Source: Sediminibacterium sp. (GTDB taxonomy: Bacteria > Bacteroidota > Bacteroidia > Chitinophagales > Chitinophagaceae). From it: a stretch of DNA of 64,000 bases. The stretch spans positions 6,316 to 70,315 of the forward strand of contig JAIXYL010000169.1 in the NCBI GenBank assembly GCA_027490265.1, in the 5' to 3' direction. Positions 46,903 to 56,154 of this stretch are shown in pieces; positions within the stretch are counted from its first letter, which is position 1, and every line of letters starts with the position of its first letter. The translations under genes and the position numbers were made by a program. The notes beneath the pieces were generated by a model. The model did not search any database. It saw only the letters and a list, made by a program, of their open reading frames with translations, and was not told the origin of the DNA.

Positions 46903-46964
46903 AGTAAATGTTTTGAAGTTAGCGGAGCTAACGGTTAATAATCTGTTTGTTTAAAGCGGGTGAA

Positions 46965-47165
46965 TTAGCCTTTTAGGCGTAATAAACGTAAAACGAAATC
47001 CTTATTGGTTGAACCAACAATACCTTTTTGTCTTAAAGCACGCTTGCGCTTTTTAGATTTTTTGGTAAGGATGTGACGCTTGAACGCTTTTTGGAAACTG
47101 ATTTCTCCGGTACCGGTCACTTTAAAACGCTTCTTAGCGCTGGAGTTTGTTTTAACTTTTGGCAT
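46965..47165 (-). CDS. rpmI: 50S ribosomal protein L35
   Basis: [20 protein letters not shown].... Confidence 0.95.
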   Translation of the reverse strand: MPKVKTNSSAKKRFKVTGTGEISFQKAFKRHILTKKSKKRKRALRQKGIVGSTNKDFVLRLLRLKG

Positions 47166-47252
47166 AAAATAATCTAATATAAGATTACACCCTGCTGGCG
47201 TTCCACCACAGGGTGGACACTTGTTTTGGCCTTACGGGAAAATTTTGGATTG

Positions 47253-47260
47253 CAAAAGTA
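47253..47260 (-). promoter_or_regulatory. -7 box TActTTTG between infC and rpmI (internal promoter for rpmI-rplT)
   Basis: The reverse complement of caaaagta, 29 nt downstream of the infC stop and 88 nt upstream of the rpmI ATG. Confidence 0.4.
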
Positions 47261-47288
47261 GCTTTTTTGGACGAATTGTCCAAAGAAA

Positions 47289-47855
47289 TTACTTCTTTTT
47301 GCCTGTTTTTGGGGTGAAAATGGCAAACATACGCTTACCTTCTAACTTTGGCATGCTTTCCAAAGTACCTACTTCCGCCAATCTTTCAGCAAATTTCAGT
47401 AACAAAAGCTGCCCTCTGTCTTGAAACATGATGGCTCTACCCTTAAACTGTACATAGGCTTTCACCTTATTGCCATCTTTTAAAAAGCCTTCTGCGTGTT
47501 TGGCTTTAAAATTAAAATCGTGGTCATCAGTACTTGGTGTAAAGCGAATTTCCTTGATTTCACTTTGCTTGGAGTTGGCTTTCATTTCCTTCTCCTTCTT
47601 CTTTTTCTCGTACAAGAATTTCTTGTAATCGATTATTTTACAAACGGGTGGATCTGCAGTGGGTGAAATTTCCACAAGATCCAGCTCTTGTTCTTGGGCT
47701 ATTTTAAGCGCTTCCTGGGTAGTATAGATGCCTACCGTAACATTGTCTCCTACCAGTCGAATCTGCATGGCGCGGATTCTTTCGTTAATACGATGTTCAG
47801 GCTCTGGTTGCCTGTTGAACCTGGGATTAAATCTTCCTCTTGGTGCTAATGCCAT
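47289..47855 (-). CDS. infC: Translation initiation factor IF-3
   Basis: INERIRAMQIRLVGDN...DLVEISP...PPVCKIIDY.... It has an ATG start here, not the AUU typical of many bacteria. Confidence 0.95.
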   Translation of the reverse strand: MALAPRGRFNPRFNRQPEPEHRINERIRAMQIRLVGDNVTVGIYTTQEALKIAQEQELDLVEISPTADPPVCKIIDYKKFLYEKKKKEKEMKANSKQSEIKEIRFTPSTDDHDFNFKAKHAEGFLKDGNKVKAYVQFKGRAIMFQDRGQLLLLKFAERLAEVGTLESMPKLEGKRMFAIFTPKTGKKK

Positions 47856-47904
47856 TAAAACTTGTTTGGTTTAAAATTTTGATAAAGATATACCATATTC
47901 CGTA

Positions 47905-49842
47905 CTATTCGCCGGATTTACGTTCATGAATCTCTTCTTTGATGGTTTCAACGAAACTGGCCAATGCAACCGTACCCATATCACCCTTACCTTGTCTGCG
48001 AACGGATAACTGGTTTTCAGTCATTTCCTTTTCACCAATGACCAACATATACGGTACTTTCATCAATTCAGTGTCTCTAATTTTTTTACCAATTTTTTCA
48101 CTGCGATCATCAATTTCTACCCGCACACCTGCTTTTTTTAACGTTTGATACACTGTGCTTGCATAGTCCATGAACTTATCACTGATTGGTAAGATTTTGA
48201 CTTGCAATGGGGCCAACCATACAGGAAACTTACCTGCATAATGTTCTAACAGAAACCCAATAAATCGCTCATGTGTACCCAAGGGGGCTCTGTGAATGAT
48301 TAGAGGAATTTCCGTTTCATTGTGTTGATTGGTGTATTCTAATTTGAATTTTCTTCCTGAATTAAAATCTACCTGATTGGTTGCCAATGTAAATTCTCTA
48401 CCTATCGCACTCCAAATTTGCACATCAATTTTAGGGCCATAAAAAGCCGCTTCATCTTGTACTTCAACAAAAGGCGTATTGGTTTCAATCAATACTTTTC
48501 GAACCATTTCTTCGGTCTCTTTCCAAAGTTCTGGCTCGTTTACATATTTCTGACCCAATTTGGCTGGATCATGTAAACTTAAGCGCATCACATATTTGTC
48601 AATGCCGAATATGCCAAAGTACTTTAAGTACATATTGTTAACGGCTTTAAACTCTTGTGCAAACTGCTCTTTATTACAATAGATATGCGCATCGTTCATA
48701 TGCAAACATCTTACGCGCATTAAGCCAAACAATTCACCACTTTGTTCATAGCGATAACAGGTACCGTATTCCGCAATTCTATAAGGCAATTCTTTATAGC
48801 TCTTCGGTTCTGCACCAAAAATTTTATGGTGGTGCGGGCAATTCATGGCTTTTAAATAATACTTCGTACCATCCAATTCCATGGGTGGAAACATACTGTC
48901 TGCATAATATGGCAAGTGCCCACTAGTAAGGTACATGCTTTCTTTGGCAATATGTGGTGTAACAACCCTTTTATACCCGGCTGCTTCTTCTGTTTCCTTC
49001 GCTAATTTTTCTAACTCTTCAATGATGACAGTTCCATTCGGCATCCATAAAGGCAAACCTGGCCCAACATCATCATCCATGGTAAAAATGCTTAGTTCAC
49101 GACCCAATTTGCGGTGGTCTCTTTTTTTGGCTTCTTCCAACATCAAAAGATACTCATCCATTTCTTTCTGCGTTGGAAAAGTAACACCATAAATACGGGT
49201 CAACATTTTATTTTTTTCATCCCCTTTCCAATAAGCCCCTGCAATACTGGTTAATTTGATTGATTTAATCAAGCCTGTATGCGGGATATGTGGCCCTCTG
49301 CACAAATCAGTGAACTGGCCTTGGGTATAAAAACTAATGTCTCCGTCAGTTAAATTGGCCAATAAATCCAATTTATACTCATCGCCTTTTTCGGTAAAAT
49401 AAGCAATGGCGTCTGCTTTTGCTTTTTGCTCACGAATGTATTGGCTATTCGTTTTAGCCAATGCAACCATTTTCTTTTCGATGGCCAACAAGTCGTCTTC
49501 AGAAATTTTTCGATCAGCCAAATCCATATCATAGTAGAACCCTTTGTCTAATGCAGGGCCAACCCAAAACTTAACGCCTGGAAAAAGCGACTCCACGGCT
49601 TCCGCCATTAAATGCGCTGAAGAGTGCCAAAATGTATTTTTACCTGCATCGTCGTCCCAGGTTAAGAATTTTACTGTTGCGTTTTCCGTTATAGGCAAAT
49701 GAGCATCCACCACTTTATTGTTTACACTGGCCACCAAAACTTTTCTGGCCAAACCTTCACTAATAGACTTTGCTATGTCCATCGCGGACACGCCTTGTTC
49801 ATACTCACGTACTGCCCCATCCGGAAAACTAATACTAATCAT
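47905..49842 (-). CDS. thrS: Threonine--tRNA ligase
   Basis: 645 aa with TGS, editing, class II core (FRYE..G....GLMRVR) and anticodon-binding domains. Confidence 0.95.
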   Translation of the reverse strand: MISISFPDGAVREYEQGVSAMDIAKSISEGLARKVLVASVNNKVVDAHLPITENATVKFLTWDDDAGKNTFWHSSAHLMAEAVESLFPGVKFWVGPALDKGFYYDMDLADRKISEDDLLAIEKKMVALAKTNSQYIREQKAKADAIAYFTEKGDEYKLDLLANLTDGDISFYTQGQFTDLCRGPHIPHTGLIKSIKLTSIAGAYWKGDEKNKMLTRIYGVTFPTQKEMDEYLLMLEEAKKRDHRKLGRELSIFTMDDDVGPGLPLWMPNGTVIIEELEKLAKETEEAAGYKRVVTPHIAKESMYLTSGHLPYYADSMFPPMELDGTKYYLKAMNCPHHHKIFGAEPKSYKELPYRIAEYGTCYRYEQSGELFGLMRVRCLHMNDAHIYCNKEQFAQEFKAVNNMYLKYFGIFGIDKYVMRLSLHDPAKLGQKYVNEPELWKETEEMVRKVLIETNTPFVEVQDEAAFYGPKIDVQIWSAIGREFTLATNQVDFNSGRKFKLEYTNQHNETEIPLIIHRAPLGTHERFIGFLLEHYAGKFPVWLAPLQVKILPISDKFMDYASTVYQTLKKAGVRVEIDDRSEKIGKKIRDTELMKVPYMLVIGEKEMTENQLSVRRQGKGDMGTVALASFVETIKEEIHERKSGE

Positions 49843-49870
49843 AATATATGGTCATTCTTTATTTGACCTG

Positions 49871-49878
49871 CAAAGGTA
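49871..49878 (-). promoter_or_regulatory. -7 box TAccTTTG upstream of thrS
   Basis: The reverse complement of caaaggta, 29 nt from ATG 49842. Confidence 0.45.
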
Positions 49879-49947
49879 GCAAATAGGCAGCCGTCTTGAA
49901 CAAAACCTTAACGGTTTTTTATCAGGCAATGGATGTAAATTTGCCAA

Positions 49948-51129
49948 ATGAGGCTGGTTTTTACACTATCTGCTTTTTTATTGCTGTCGTCCTTTGTATC
50001 TGCTCAGAAAATTACTGGCATATGGAGAGGCTATTTCAGTTCTAGCAATGGCCTTTACAGAGAAGGCATTCAGGATGAAATGTATAAATACGAAATTCAA
50101 ATTGACCAACAACCCAATAACGGTATTAAAGGCGTAACCTATTCTTATAAGAGTACGGTGTTTTATGGGAAAGCGTCGTTCCAAGGCATTTATAATGTGA
50201 AATCAAAAACCATTATTTTAAAAGAAACTGGATTAATTGATTTAAAAATTGGCGACAAGAGCGAACCATGTTTAATGACTTGTTATTTGGACTATTCAAA
50301 AATGGGCAAGCTTGAAGTATTACAAGGCACGTTTATCTCCATTAATATCAAAGACAAAGGCGATTGCGGTAATGGGAAAGTTTATCTAGAAAGAGTACCT
50401 GATTCAGATTTTGAAAAAGAAGCTTTCCTAACCAATAAAAAACCTGCTTCTGCTTCTAAAAACACCCCACAAAAAAACAATTCGAGCGGAGCGCCCTTAA
50501 ATACTCCATCAACTAAACCATCAGCCAGCGCTACTCCCCCAACAAAACCAATAGCTAAAGCAACCACACCGTTGGTTTCAAAATCGACGCCTAACAATAA
50601 AGCCAACCCTAATACAACCATTCCACCTAAAGCCAATACCACTGCTCCGCAAAAAGCAATGAATGAAGCGCCAGTTAAACCAAAAACAGAGGAGCTACCT
50701 GCACAGCCTCACATTAAACGAGAACATGCCGAAACACAAGCAAGAGAAAAAAGAGCTGTTCCTGTGCCAAAAGTGTTGTTAGAAAGAGAAAATAAATTGG
50801 TTAAAACCATTGTGGTGGAAGATGAAAATATTCAAGTGGATTTGTTTGACAATGGTACCATTGATAATGATACCATTAGTGTGTTTCATAACAATCAACA
50901 AATCGTAAAACATGGCCGACTGGCATTCAACCCCATTTCAATCAAAATCAAATGCAGCCCTGAAGAGAATATCCATGAATTGGTTGTAGTAGCAGAAAAC
51001 CTAGGTGAAATTCCACCTAATACGGCTTTAATGGTCATCACTGCTGGTAAAAAACGGTATGAAGTATTTTTATCTTCAAACGAAAATAGAAACGCTAAAG
51101 TAGTGATTGAATATGTGCCCAAACACTAG
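49948..51129 (+). CDS. Hypothetical secreted two-domain protein with a Pro/Thr/Ala/Lys-rich linker
   Basis: Signal peptide, an N-terminal domain of about 140 aa, a low-complexity linker of about 100 aa (encoded about 50440-50740), and a C-terminal domain of about 115 aa. I recognise no family. Confidence 0.5.
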   Translation: MRLVFTLSAFLLLSSFVSAQKITGIWRGYFSSSNGLYREGIQDEMYKYEIQIDQQPNNGIKGVTYSYKSTVFYGKASFQGIYNVKSKTIILKETGLIDLKIGDKSEPCLMTCYLDYSKMGKLEVLQGTFISINIKDKGDCGNGKVYLERVPDSDFEKEAFLTNKKPASASKNTPQKNNSSGAPLNTPSTKPSASATPPTKPIAKATTPLVSKSTPNNKANPNTTIPPKANTTAPQKAMNEAPVKPKTEELPAQPHIKREHAETQAREKRAVPVPKVLLERENKLVKTIVVEDENIQVDLFDNGTIDNDTISVFHNNQQIVKHGRLAFNPISIKIKCSPEENIHELVVVAENLGEIPPNTALMVITAGKKRYEVFLSSNENRNAKVVIEYVPKH

Positions 51130-53483
51130 AGCTTCACATTCCAAGTAACAGAGGGCAACACTGGGAACAAGGATACTTGTTTGGCTGAAACGTTTAACGT
51201 ACCATTGGCTGCTGAACCTTCTTGATCAAAATACAAAAAGTACGGATTAGCCCTGCTGTAAGCATTGTATAAACTGAATACCCAACTGGTACTGTATTTC
51301 CGCTCCTTTTTGGGTTTTGGTGTATACGTTGCTGCAAAATCCATTCGGTGATACGCTGCCATTCTATATGCATTGATTCCACTGTATTGTTGAGATAAGA
51401 TCCCCCCTATAAAATAAAATCTTTCAGGTACTGAAACGGCGTTGCCCGTTCCATAAACGAATACTCCAGAAATCTTCCATTTTTCATTGATGGTATAATT
51501 GGCTACAACCGACAAATCGTGTCTGCGATCGTATCTGCTCGGGAATTTCTGACCTTGATTTAAGTCTGGAAATCGTCTCCATGTATAGCCCAAAGTATAC
51601 CCTATCCAACCAGTTAATCGACCTTTGACTTTATTAATAAAGAGCTCTGCGCCATAACTCCAGCCTCTGCCAAAAACAAATTCTTCTTCAGGATCTTTTA
51701 AAGATGGTGTATAGCCTTCACGATATTCAATTTGATTCTCCATTGTTTTGTAGTATACTTCCAATGAGGTTTCAAACATGCCCTGGTTAAAGTTTTTAAA
51801 ATACCCTGCAGCATATTGCCAGCTTAATTGTGGCCGAACTCTTAAGGTACTAGGTACCCATAAATCAGTTGGCAATGTTGAGCCTGCATTGGTCACCAAA
51901 TGGATATATTGTAGGTTACGCGTTACGCCTGCTTTGATTGAACTGGTTTCATTAATCGTATAACGAACAGTAGCTCTTGGTTCGATTCCGCCGTATTGTT
52001 GCACCACCTGACCGCTGCCATATACTGTACTGTCTAATTTGTTGCCACTGATATCTCTGGTATAATTGGTATATGCACCAGTTTGTTGAAACAAACTGTA
52101 TCGCAGGCCGATATTTAGTTTTAACTTATTGGAGATATCCCAATCATCTTGCACATAAAAAGCATATTCTCTTGCATATTTTTTGCTCGCATTATTCGGC
52201 GTAAAAACTACACTGTCTTGATTACCGCTTACAATATTCGGCAAAAAGGTATGGTGCGTGAATAAAGCCCCAAATTTTAGCTTGTGTTCTGGAGAGATAT
52301 AATAATCAAAATCTGTTTTGGCTGTCAGGTCTCTAATGCCTGAAGACAAATTGATGTTGAAATCGTTTTGCGCACCATTCAAATTAAAATGATAATCATT
52401 GTAAACCAATGTGGTATTCGAAAACAGTTTCTTATTAAACACATGGTTCCATCTTACTGTAGCAGTTGCATTTCCCCAATCAATCAAGGTTTTGAAGGAT
52501 CTGGCAGCATTATTAAAATTGAATTTATCTCGTCCAAAATATCCACTGATGTATAAGTGATCTTTTTCAGAAATTTGAAAATTCATTTTTGCATTCAAAT
52601 CATAAAAGAAATAACCAGAACCATAAAAGTCGCTGGTTTTACTAATTAAAGGTTTTGTAATGGCATCAATATAAGTGCGTCTTGCAGAAACAATATAGGA
52701 TGATTTCGATTTTTTGATTGGGCCTTGAATCGAAAATCGAGATGCGATCAACCCAATGCCCGCATCAATTTGCGTTTTATTGGTATTCCCCTCTTTCATG
52801 GCTATATCTACTACTGAAGACAAACGTCCCCCATACTGAGCAGGCATGCCACCTTTAATTAAACTCACGTTTTTGATTGCATCTGCATTGAATACCGAGA
52901 AAAAACCAAACAAGTGTCCGGTATTATAAACTACGGCATCATCCAATAAAATGAGGTTTTGATCAGGGCCGCCGCCACGTACATAGAACCCTGCATTTCC
53001 TTCACCAGCATTTCTAACGCCAGGCATTAACTGCAAAGTCTTTAAGATATCTACTTCACCCAAGAAAGCGGGCATTGCTTTTGCAGTATTTACCGACAAA
53101 TCCAATTTGCCCATTTGAGCTGTCTTAACATTGTTATCGCGCTTTCTTGTAGTAACGGTTACGTCTTGTAATACCACTGCTGAATTGGGCATCAATTGAA
53201 TCACTTGTTCTACATTATTCACCAATTCAATCTCAAATTCTTTAGTTTGATACCCAATGAAACTGCAGGACAATTGGTAGGTTGCTTTGGGTAAAGTGAT
53301 TGAAAAAAAACCGAAATTATTGCTGGTAACCGTTTTGCCAGATCCTTTTACACTAATGGTTGCACCAATTAATGTTTCACCAGACAAAGCATCTTTGATA
53401 TATCCGTTTAGTGTGATTTTTTCTTGGCTTGTTGCATATAAAACAATGTGTAACAATACAACTAACAGATATACTTTTTTCAT
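51126..53483 (-). CDS. TonB-dependent receptor with an N-terminal CarboxypepD_reg-like domain
   Basis: 785 aa with a signal peptide, a plug (DILKTLQLMPGV...GFYVRGGGPDQNLILLDD) and a barrel ending ...VTWNVKL. Confidence 0.85.
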   Translation of the reverse strand: MKKVYLLVVLLHIVLYATSQEKITLNGYIKDALSGETLIGATISVKGSGKTVTSNNFGFFSITLPKATYQLSCSFIGYQTKEFEIELVNNVEQVIQLMPNSAVVLQDVTVTTRKRDNNVKTAQMGKLDLSVNTAKAMPAFLGEVDILKTLQLMPGVRNAGEGNAGFYVRGGGPDQNLILLDDAVVYNTGHLFGFFSVFNADAIKNVSLIKGGMPAQYGGRLSSVVDIAMKEGNTNKTQIDAGIGLIASRFSIQGPIKKSKSSYIVSARRTYIDAITKPLISKTSDFYGSGYFFYDLNAKMNFQISEKDHLYISGYFGRDKFNFNNAARSFKTLIDWGNATATVRWNHVFNKKLFSNTTLVYNDYHFNLNGAQNDFNINLSSGIRDLTAKTDFDYYISPEHKLKFGALFTHHTFLPNIVSGNQDSVVFTPNNASKKYAREYAFYVQDDWDISNKLKLNIGLRYSLFQQTGAYTNYTRDISGNKLDSTVYGSGQVVQQYGGIEPRATVRYTINETSSIKAGVTRNLQYIHLVTNAGSTLPTDLWVPSTLRVRPQLSWQYAAGYFKNFNQGMFETSLEVYYKTMENQIEYREGYTPSLKDPEEEFVFGRGWSYGAELFINKVKGRLTGWIGYTLGYTWRRFPDLNQGQKFPSRYDRRHDLSVVANYTINEKWKISGVFVYGTGNAVSVPERFYFIGGILSQQYSGINAYRMAAYHRMDFAATYTPKPKKERKYSTSWVFSLYNAYSRANPYFLYFDQEGSAANGTLNVSAKQVSLFPVLPSVTWNVKL

Positions 53484-53524
53484 ACTACTTCAACAACTAG
53501 ATCACGCAATGGTTCGTAACAACC

Positions 53525-54100
53525 TTAATTTGCAACAAAATTCAATGTATCTTTTACTTCGCCACACTCAAGCATGGTCTTTGGTAAATATGGATTTTTA
53601 ATATCGGCCGATTGACTTAACCAACTGGCCCCATTATTATCCATAGCCATTGGGCAGTATTGATTATAAATGATTTCATGATCGTACTGAACTTTAGCAA
53701 TCAATACCAGAAATTGTTCTCCAATCATTTGAAATGCTTTGCGTTTTTCTTCAATATCTGTTTCTCCCGCTAAACCTTTTAATTCAGACACAATAGACTC
53801 AATTAAAATATTGGCTGCTTTTTGAGCAGTATCCGATTTTAACTCATTGAGTGGCAAAGATTGAATTGCTTTTTGTAAATCGTTGGCAGCGCTGTCAATA
53901 TCAGGCATTTTCTCGTCAATAAAAGCATCTTTTAAGGCGTAATATTGGCCCAAACAACTTTTAAAAGCACTATTAAATACAGCCGTATTGACGCTTTCCC
54001 CTTTTACTTTAAGCGCAGCAACAGGTTGGTTATCAACCGTTGTTCCCGATTGGCAAGAGAGACAAACAGCAAAAAACAGGATGGCCACGATTTGTTTCAT
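53525..54100 (-). CDS. DUF3347 domain-containing lipoprotein
   Basis: Lipobox (LSC), a helical body and the C-terminal QYCPMA....ASWLSQ motif typical of DUF3347. Confidence 0.7.
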   Translation of the reverse strand: MKQIVAILFFAVCLSCQSGTTVDNQPVAALKVKGESVNTAVFNSAFKSCLGQYYALKDAFIDEKMPDIDSAANDLQKAIQSLPLNELKSDTAQKAANILIESIVSELKGLAGETDIEEKRKAFQMIGEQFLVLIAKVQYDHEIIYNQYCPMAMDNNGASWLSQSADIKNPYLPKTMLECGEVKDTLNFVAN

Positions 54101-54155
54101 ATTCGCTTATTTATGAACAAATTTAAAGCAATTTCATTTGGGAGTTCATTCCAAT

Positions 54156-54163
54156 TACCTTTG
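54156..54163 (+). promoter_or_regulatory. -7 box TAccTTTG upstream of the ABC-F gene
   Basis: Exact TAnnTTTG, 21 nt before ATG 54184. Confidence 0.45.
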
Positions 54164-54183
54164 CACGCAAAATAAATACCTCA

Positions 54184-56145
54184 ATGCTGATTGGTTTTCA
54201 AAATGTAACGTTCGAATTTGGTGCAAGAGTAATTGTGGCTGATGCAACTTGGCATATTCAGCCTGGTGATCGGATTGGCCTTGTTGGATACAATGGTACG
54301 GGAAAATCAACCCTTTTGAAGGTATTGGTTGGAGAATACACGCCATCTAAAGGCACTGTTGAAAAAAGCAAGGAAACCACTATCGGATACTTGCATCAAG
54401 ATCTGTTAAGTTTTGACACCAATGAAAACATCACTGAAGTGGCATTGGGGGCATTTGAAAGAGTGCGCGCTTTAGAAAAAGAGATTGAACAATTGGGCAT
54501 TGAATTGGAGAAAAATCCTGAAGACGAACAACTATTGATTAGATATACCGACAGCTTGCATGAATTGGATGTTTTAGACGGATACAATATTCAACACAAG
54601 GCTGAAGAAGTATTACACGGACTTGGTTTTTCAAACGAAGACTTAGTAAAACCTTACAAACAATTCAGTGGTGGATGGAGAATGCGTGTACTGCTTGCCA
54701 AAATGATTTTGCAACAGCCCGATGTTTTATTAATGGATGAACCAACCAACCACTTAGACTTACCCTCTATTGAATGGTTAGAAAAATACTTGATTCATTA
54801 CAAAGGCAGTGTGGTGATTGTGAGTCACGATAAATTTTTCTTGAATAGAATGGTCAATAAAATTGTGGAATTGTACCAACAACAATTGCATATTTATTCG
54901 GGCAATTTTGAATTCTATGAAACAGAGAAAGAAATCAGAATTGAAATGCAACAAAAAGCATTTGAAAACCAACAAGATTATATTCGCCAACAGGAACGCT
55001 TTATAGAACGATTTAAAGCCAAAGCCAGTAAAGCTGCTCAGGCACAAAGTGTACAAAAAAGATTAGACAAATTAGATAAGATAGAAGATGTACAATTAGA
55101 AAGACCCAATATGCGCATCAATTTCCAATTAGAAAAAGTACCTGGAAAAATATTGGTGACATTAAAAGAAGTGACCAAAAACTTCGGAAACTTGACCATT
55201 GTAGATAAGGCATCTGCTGAAATTGAACGAGGTGATAAAATTGCATTAATTGGGGCGAATGGAAAGGGTAAGTCTACCCTCTTGAGAATGATTGCAGGTA
55301 CTGAAACATTCAGTGGAGAACGTGTCTGGGGGCATAATGTAGAAGAAAGCTTTTATGCACAGCACCAACTGGAAGCTTTGACCATGACTAATAATATTTT
55401 AGAAGAATTACAAAGTTGTGGAAGCAAGAAAACCGATGTAGAATTAAGAAGTTTATTGGGCTCATTTTTGTTCAGCGGCGAAGACGTTGATAAAAAAATA
55501 AGGGTGCTCAGTGGAGGAGAAAAAGCCAGAGTAGCATTGGCAAAAACCATTGTGAGCAGAGGCAACTTTCTCATTTTGGATGAGCCTACCAACCACTTAG
55601 ACATGCATTCAGTTGAGTTATTAGCCGACGCCTTAAATAAATATGAAGGCTCGTATATTTTGGTGAGTCACGATCGCTATTTCATTTCAAAAACTGCCAA
55701 TAAAATTTGGGAAATTGTTGACCATCAAATCAAGGAATTTAAAGGCAATTACCAAGAATGGGTTGAGTGGAATGAAAGAATGGAGAAGCAAAAAAAACAA
55801 CTTGGAATTGATGGTACAAACAATGAAAAGCCTGCACCAAAACAAGCGGTAGCAAAACCAATTGAACAGCCAGAAAAAAACAGCTTGCCCATCAATAAAG
55901 AATTACAAAAAGAGCTTCAGAAACAACAACGTCGGCTCAAACAGATTGAAGTATCCTTAGAACAAGCACAAGACAAACAAAAAGACATTGAAATAGAATT
56001 GGGTAATCCTGCAACTTATACCAATCAAGCACAGTTTACGGCACTTGAATCTGCGTACCAGTCTATCAAACAAGAAATTGCTCAACTGAATGCTGAGTAT
56101 GAAACCGTATTTGAACAAGTGATTGAACTAGAAACCAAAGCTTAA
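54184..56145 (+). CDS. ABC-F family ATPase (two ABC domains plus a C-terminal coiled-coil extension)
   Basis: Two Walker A motifs (GYNGTGKST, GANGKGKST), two signature motifs (FSGGWRMR, LSGGEKAR), no TM domain, and a K/E/Q-rich tail. Confidence 0.9.
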   Translation: MLIGFQNVTFEFGARVIVADATWHIQPGDRIGLVGYNGTGKSTLLKVLVGEYTPSKGTVEKSKETTIGYLHQDLLSFDTNENITEVALGAFERVRALEKEIEQLGIELEKNPEDEQLLIRYTDSLHELDVLDGYNIQHKAEEVLHGLGFSNEDLVKPYKQFSGGWRMRVLLAKMILQQPDVLLMDEPTNHLDLPSIEWLEKYLIHYKGSVVIVSHDKFFLNRMVNKIVELYQQQLHIYSGNFEFYETEKEIRIEMQQKAFENQQDYIRQQERFIERFKAKASKAAQAQSVQKRLDKLDKIEDVQLERPNMRINFQLEKVPGKILVTLKEVTKNFGNLTIVDKASAEIERGDKIALIGANGKGKSTLLRMIAGTETFSGERVWGHNVEESFYAQHQLEALTMTNNILEELQSCGSKKTDVELRSLLGSFLFSGEDVDKKIRVLSGGEKARVALAKTIVSRGNFLILDEPTNHLDMHSVELLADALNKYEGSYILVSHDRYFISKTANKIWEIVDHQIKEFKGNYQEWVEWNERMEKQKKQLGIDGTNNEKPAPKQAVAKPIEQPEKNSLPINKELQKELQKQQRRLKQIEVSLEQAQDKQKDIEIELGNPATYTNQAQFTALESAYQSIKQEIAQLNAEYETVFEQVIELETKA

Positions 56146-56154
56146 CTGCAATGA

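Noticed and set aside
49843-49947. Possible T-box or other leader upstream of thrS
   Set aside because: The predicted -7 box lies only 29 nt from the ATG, and the spacer is about 105 nt shared with a divergent gene. That is too short for a T-box, and no specifier or T-box sequence is evident.
50440-50740. Repetitive-looking A/C-rich DNA that might be taken for a tandem repeat or array
   Set aside because: It is in frame within the CDS at 49948-51129 and encodes a Pro/Thr/Ala/Lys-rich linker. It has no regular unit length and no spacer-repeat structure.
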